A stretch of 64,000 bases of DNA from Spirochaetia bacterium (GTDB lineage Bacteria > Spirochaetota > Spirochaetia > SZUA-6 > Bin103): contig CBDBDQ010000005.1 of assembly GCA_965203905.1 (NCBI GenBank), positions 1,632,001 through 1,696,000 of the forward strand, read 5' to 3'. Every line of letters begins with the position of its first letter. Positions within the stretch are counted from its first letter, which is position 1. The notes under the pieces are model-generated. The model was not told the origin of the DNA, ran no database searches, and saw only the letters and a list, made by a program, of their open reading frames with translations. This document shows, in pieces, positions 61,033 to 64,000 of the stretch. The translations under genes and the position numbers were made by a program.

Positions 61033-61870
61033 CCGCTCCCGGCAGCAGCACGCGGCCGGCTGGTCACCGCGCAACGGCCTCCGGCTGTACCTGCGCTACG
61101 TCTCCGCCCACGTGCGTGCGCAGCTGCAGTATCCCGGGGCGTTCGTACTGCAGATGGTCGGCACCCTGCTGATCACCGCGGTCGAGTTCGTGGGCGTCTG
61201 GGCGCTGCTGAGCCGCTTCGGCAACGTCCGCGGCTGGGAGTTGCCGGAAGTCGCCATCCTCTACGGACTGGCCATGGTCGGTTTCTCGACGGCAGAGATC
61301 GTGGGGCGCGGCTTCGACCTGTTCTCGCACCAGATCCGCCGCGGAGATTTCGACCGCCTGCTGCTGCGGCCGCGCCACACCGTGCTGCAGGTGGCGGGTG
61401 CGGAGTTTGCCTTCGCCCGGCTGGGCCGCTGGTTGCAGGCGGCCGTGATCCTGGTCTGGGGCCTGGCCAGCGCGGGAATCCCCTGGACTCCGCTACGGGT
61501 GCTGCTGCTGGCGGAAACGATGGCCGGCGTCACCGTGCTGTTCCTGGGCGTGTTCGTCGCCACCGCCGCGATCACCTTCTGGACCGTGCAGTCGCTGGAG
61601 CTGTTCGCCATCGTCACCAACGGCGCGGTGGACGCCGGCAGCTACCCGGTCACGGTCTACCGCCGCTTCCTGCGCCGCTTCCTGTTCTTCATCGTGCCGA
61701 TCGGCACCATCACCTACTTCCCGGTGGTGGCCCTCCTGGGCCGCCCCGACCCCTTGGGCACGCCCCCCTGGCTCGGCTGGGCCGCCCCCGCCGCCGCCCC
61801 CCTGTTCCTGGCCGCCACCCTCCTCCTCTGGCACCTCGGCGTCCGCCACTACAACTCCACAGGTAGTTGA
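61022..61870 (+). CDS. ABC-2 family permease
   Basis: AQLQY, GW...EV, GDFDRLLLRP, YP..VY, HYNSTGS C-terminus. Confidence 0.9.
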   Translation: MAADRSRQQHAAGWSPRNGLRLYLRYVSAHVRAQLQYPGAFVLQMVGTLLITAVEFVGVWALLSRFGNVRGWELPEVAILYGLAMVGFSTAEIVGRGFDLFSHQIRRGDFDRLLLRPRHTVLQVAGAEFAFARLGRWLQAAVILVWGLASAGIPWTPLRVLLLAETMAGVTVLFLGVFVATAAITFWTVQSLELFAIVTNGAVDAGSYPVTVYRRFLRRFLFFIVPIGTITYFPVVALLGRPDPLGTPPWLGWAAPAAAPLFLAATLLLWHLGVRHYNSTGS

Positions 61871-61987
61871 ATCGAGGCGAGGTGCATACCTCGCTCCGTC
61901 TGACCGATTCGCCAACGGTAATGGCGGCGCGCCACTACTCCACCGGCAGTTGATTCGGGTAGCGGCGCCGGGAAGCCTCGCGTCCGG

Positions 61988-64000
61988 TCATGGCGCGGGC
62001 GCCGCGGCGGCGCTGCGTGCCAGCGCCGCCTGCACCTGCTGCAGATCGGCGGCGCAGGCGTCGGCAGCGACACCGCTGGAAGGCACGGCCTCCGCGAGCA
62101 GCCGCAGGTGGGCAACGTCATCGGCGTACTGGGCGCAACGCCGCTGCCAGGCGCCGCGGGTCTTGGTGCACACCAGCGTGTACGGGCTACCCTTGCGCTC
62201 CGTCTGGTGGCGAATGTCGAGCCCGAGGCGGTCGATGACGCCATGGAGGTGGCGGCGCAACTCCTTGCGCAACGGGAGCCGCAGCGTGGTGGCCGCCGGG
62301 TCGTCGCAGAACGCTTGCAGGCGCTGACATTGGGGACAATTGCATGGGATTCTGGTCGCTATCACCCAGTCGACGGGTTCCTCCGGCGGCTGTGCGCTGC
62401 GCGCCAGAAGGCTCGACGCGGCATGCCGCCACAGCGCGGCGAACCCGGCGGGCGCCGCGGCGCCGCCGGCCATGCCGCAGATCTCCGCCGTCTCCGCCAA
62501 GGCTCTTGGCAGCGCCCGCTGCGGGGCCGCCGCCTCCGGGCATTCCATCAGCAGCCGGGCGGTCGCCTCCGCCTCCGCGGCCAGCCCGAGGCGCCAGGTG
62601 ACCAACAGCAGAGAGCGGATGGCCCGCGCGCTCAGCGGTCGGGCCTTGCCACGCCGCGCCCCCGGCTCGGCGCCTGCAGCGGATGCCACCGCCGCCGGGA
62701 ACACGGCGCTGGCGGCACGCGCTGCGGCCTCCAGTGAGGAACGCCGTGGCGCCTCCCCGTCAGCCGGCGACTGCTCCCGCTCGCACAGCAGCCATAACAG
62801 GTCGAGTGCGGCCTCCGGCTGGCGCGGGACATTCGCCGCCACGAACTCCGGCAGCCAGGCGTCGAGCGTGGCCGGGTCGGTGGATGTCGCCGTCGCCAAC
62901 AGATCATCGTTGTCGCCGCTCCCGTAGTGCGGCGTGGCGACCTCGCGCAGGAAGCGCCGGGTCGTGGCATCGTCGTTCAGCCGGCGAAGCAGGAGCAGCG
63001 CGGCCCGGCACGCCGCCTTGCGCGCCCCTTTCCGCCCCGGCGCCGGCCAGGCGTCGATGAGTTGCGCGGCCAACTCGAGGAGGCGCCGGCCGTGGTGCGC
63101 CGCGGGTTCGGTGCGCTCAAGCTCCTCGGCGACGTAGGCGACCGCGCCGTCGATGCCGCCGCGGGCAAGCGTCGCCACGGTGCGTGCCGCGGGCCATAGT
63201 ACCAGTGCCGCGCGCCGATAGGAGCGGGACAGCTCCACGCCCTCGTTGCCGGTCACGGTCGACTGCTGGTCGTCCGGTTGCGCGCCTTCCAGCGCCCCCT
63301 CCGGCAGCAGTTCTCCCGGCAGCAGTGGGAGCTCGCCGTAGTCGGGCCGCGTCCCGTTGGGAGCGACCCAGCCGTCCAGCGTCTGAGTGGAGGAGAACAC
63401 CTCCTCCATCTCCCAATCGTCGTCGTCATCATCCCAATCGGGAAAGCCGCCGGATTCGTCCGCGTAGCCGGATTCTTCGATACGCAGGACCGCCGCAACG
63501 AGCGCATGCTGCGTCCGTCGCGCCACCCGTGCCAGCACGCCGCCCACCGCGGCGTCGGTGTTCTTCAGCCCGTCGAAGGACAGCCCCGTCTCGCTGTAGT
63601 CGTGCTCCAGCAGCCACACCAGCTTGTCGCCGGCGGCGGAAGCCGCTTCCCAGTCGGCAAGGAGCGCGCCGATCTGCTCCTCCTGGGCGCCGAAGTCCGG
63701 GGCGGCCGGCAACGACGGACCGTTGCCCTGCAGCGTCAGACTGTAGACCAGGACGATTCGGTGGCCGGCGGTGACCTGCCGGACCTCGTGCACGCAGTCC
63801 GCGTAAAAGGCGGCAAAGGCGATTTCGGAAGGCTCCTCGGCGCGTAGGTCGACGACCGTCTCGCGCTGTCGATGGCGGATGATCAGTTCGCCTCCGGCGC
63901 CCGCCACCGGAAGGGACAGCACCAGGGTGGCGACCATTCCGTCCTCCTTCTCGGTGTCCCGGTGCGCGGCGAAGAACCCGCCTCGTTCGTAGATCAGCAG
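61988..64000 (-). CDS. 2OG-Fe(II) oxygenase-domain protein (5' end outside window)
   Basis: LLIYERGGFFAAHRDTEK (HxD), FYADCVHEV..VTAGHR..LVY; C-terminal CNCPQC and GSPYTLVCTK. Confidence 0.88.
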   Translation of the reverse strand: MLIYERGGFFAAHRDTEKEDGMVATLVLSLPVAGAGGELIIRHRQRETVVDLRAEEPSEIAFAAFYADCVHEVRQVTAGHRIVLVYSLTLQGNGPSLPAAPDFGAQEEQIGALLADWEAASAAGDKLVWLLEHDYSETGLSFDGLKNTDAAVGGVLARVARRTQHALVAAVLRIEESGYADESGGFPDWDDDDDDWEMEEVFSSTQTLDGWVAPNGTRPDYGELPLLPGELLPEGALEGAQPDDQQSTVTGNEGVELSRSYRRAALVLWPAARTVATLARGGIDGAVAYVAEELERTEPAAHHGRRLLELAAQLIDAWPAPGRKGARKAACRAALLLLRRLNDDATTRRFLREVATPHYGSGDNDDLLATATSTDPATLDAWLPEFVAANVPRQPEAALDLLWLLCEREQSPADGEAPRRSSLEAAARAASAVFPAAVASAAGAEPGARRGKARPLSARAIRSLLLVTWRLGLAAEAEATARLLMECPEAAAPQRALPRALAETAEICGMAGGAAAPAGFAALWRHAASSLLARSAQPPEEPVDWVIATRIPCNCPQCQRLQAFCDDPAATTLRLPLRKELRRHLHGVIDRLGLDIRHQTERKGSPYTLVCTKTRGAWQRRCAQYADDVAHLRLLAEAVPSSGVAADACAADLQQVQAALARSAAAAPAP

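Overview
High-GC bacterial chromosomal window with about 50 supportable CDSs. The mix of several PhyH-family dioxygenases, a sulfatase, GH2, sugar isomerases, HEAT-repeat proteins and many toxin-antitoxin (TA) remnants resembles host-associated or sponge-symbiont MAGs (inference only). The backbone carries tyrS (C-terminal frameshift), carbohydrate and sulfate catabolism genes, a DUF4914 / nitrite-sulfite reductase / amtB cluster, a P450, ABC transporters and a desaturase-acpS-(acyl-AMP ligase/ACP/acyltransferase) lipid cluster. Three visibly lower-GC accessory segments stand out. (1) 20.9-24.1 kb: a translationally coupled operon of a BglII-like beta-class DNA methyltransferase, a DGQHR (DndB/ParB-like) protein and a HEPN-like protein, with no restriction endonuclease; this is the best candidate for an undescribed defence or DNA-modification system. 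(2) 12.6-14.9 kb: an island that appears to split a decayed AbiE-type TA locus and carries a near-consensus sigma70 promoter, a ~200-nt multi-hairpin (possibly pseudoknotted) leader, two orphan small ORFs and a broken GIY-YIG nuclease. (3) 35.9-39.7 kb: a pair of P-loop NTPases, the second with wHTH and TPR domains. In several TA modules the antitoxin is intact while the toxin is truncated. By eye I found no rRNA, tRNA, CRISPR array, transposase or integrase. Several single-base frameshifts lie in homopolymers and may be sequencing errors. All family calls come from motif recognition, not database searches.
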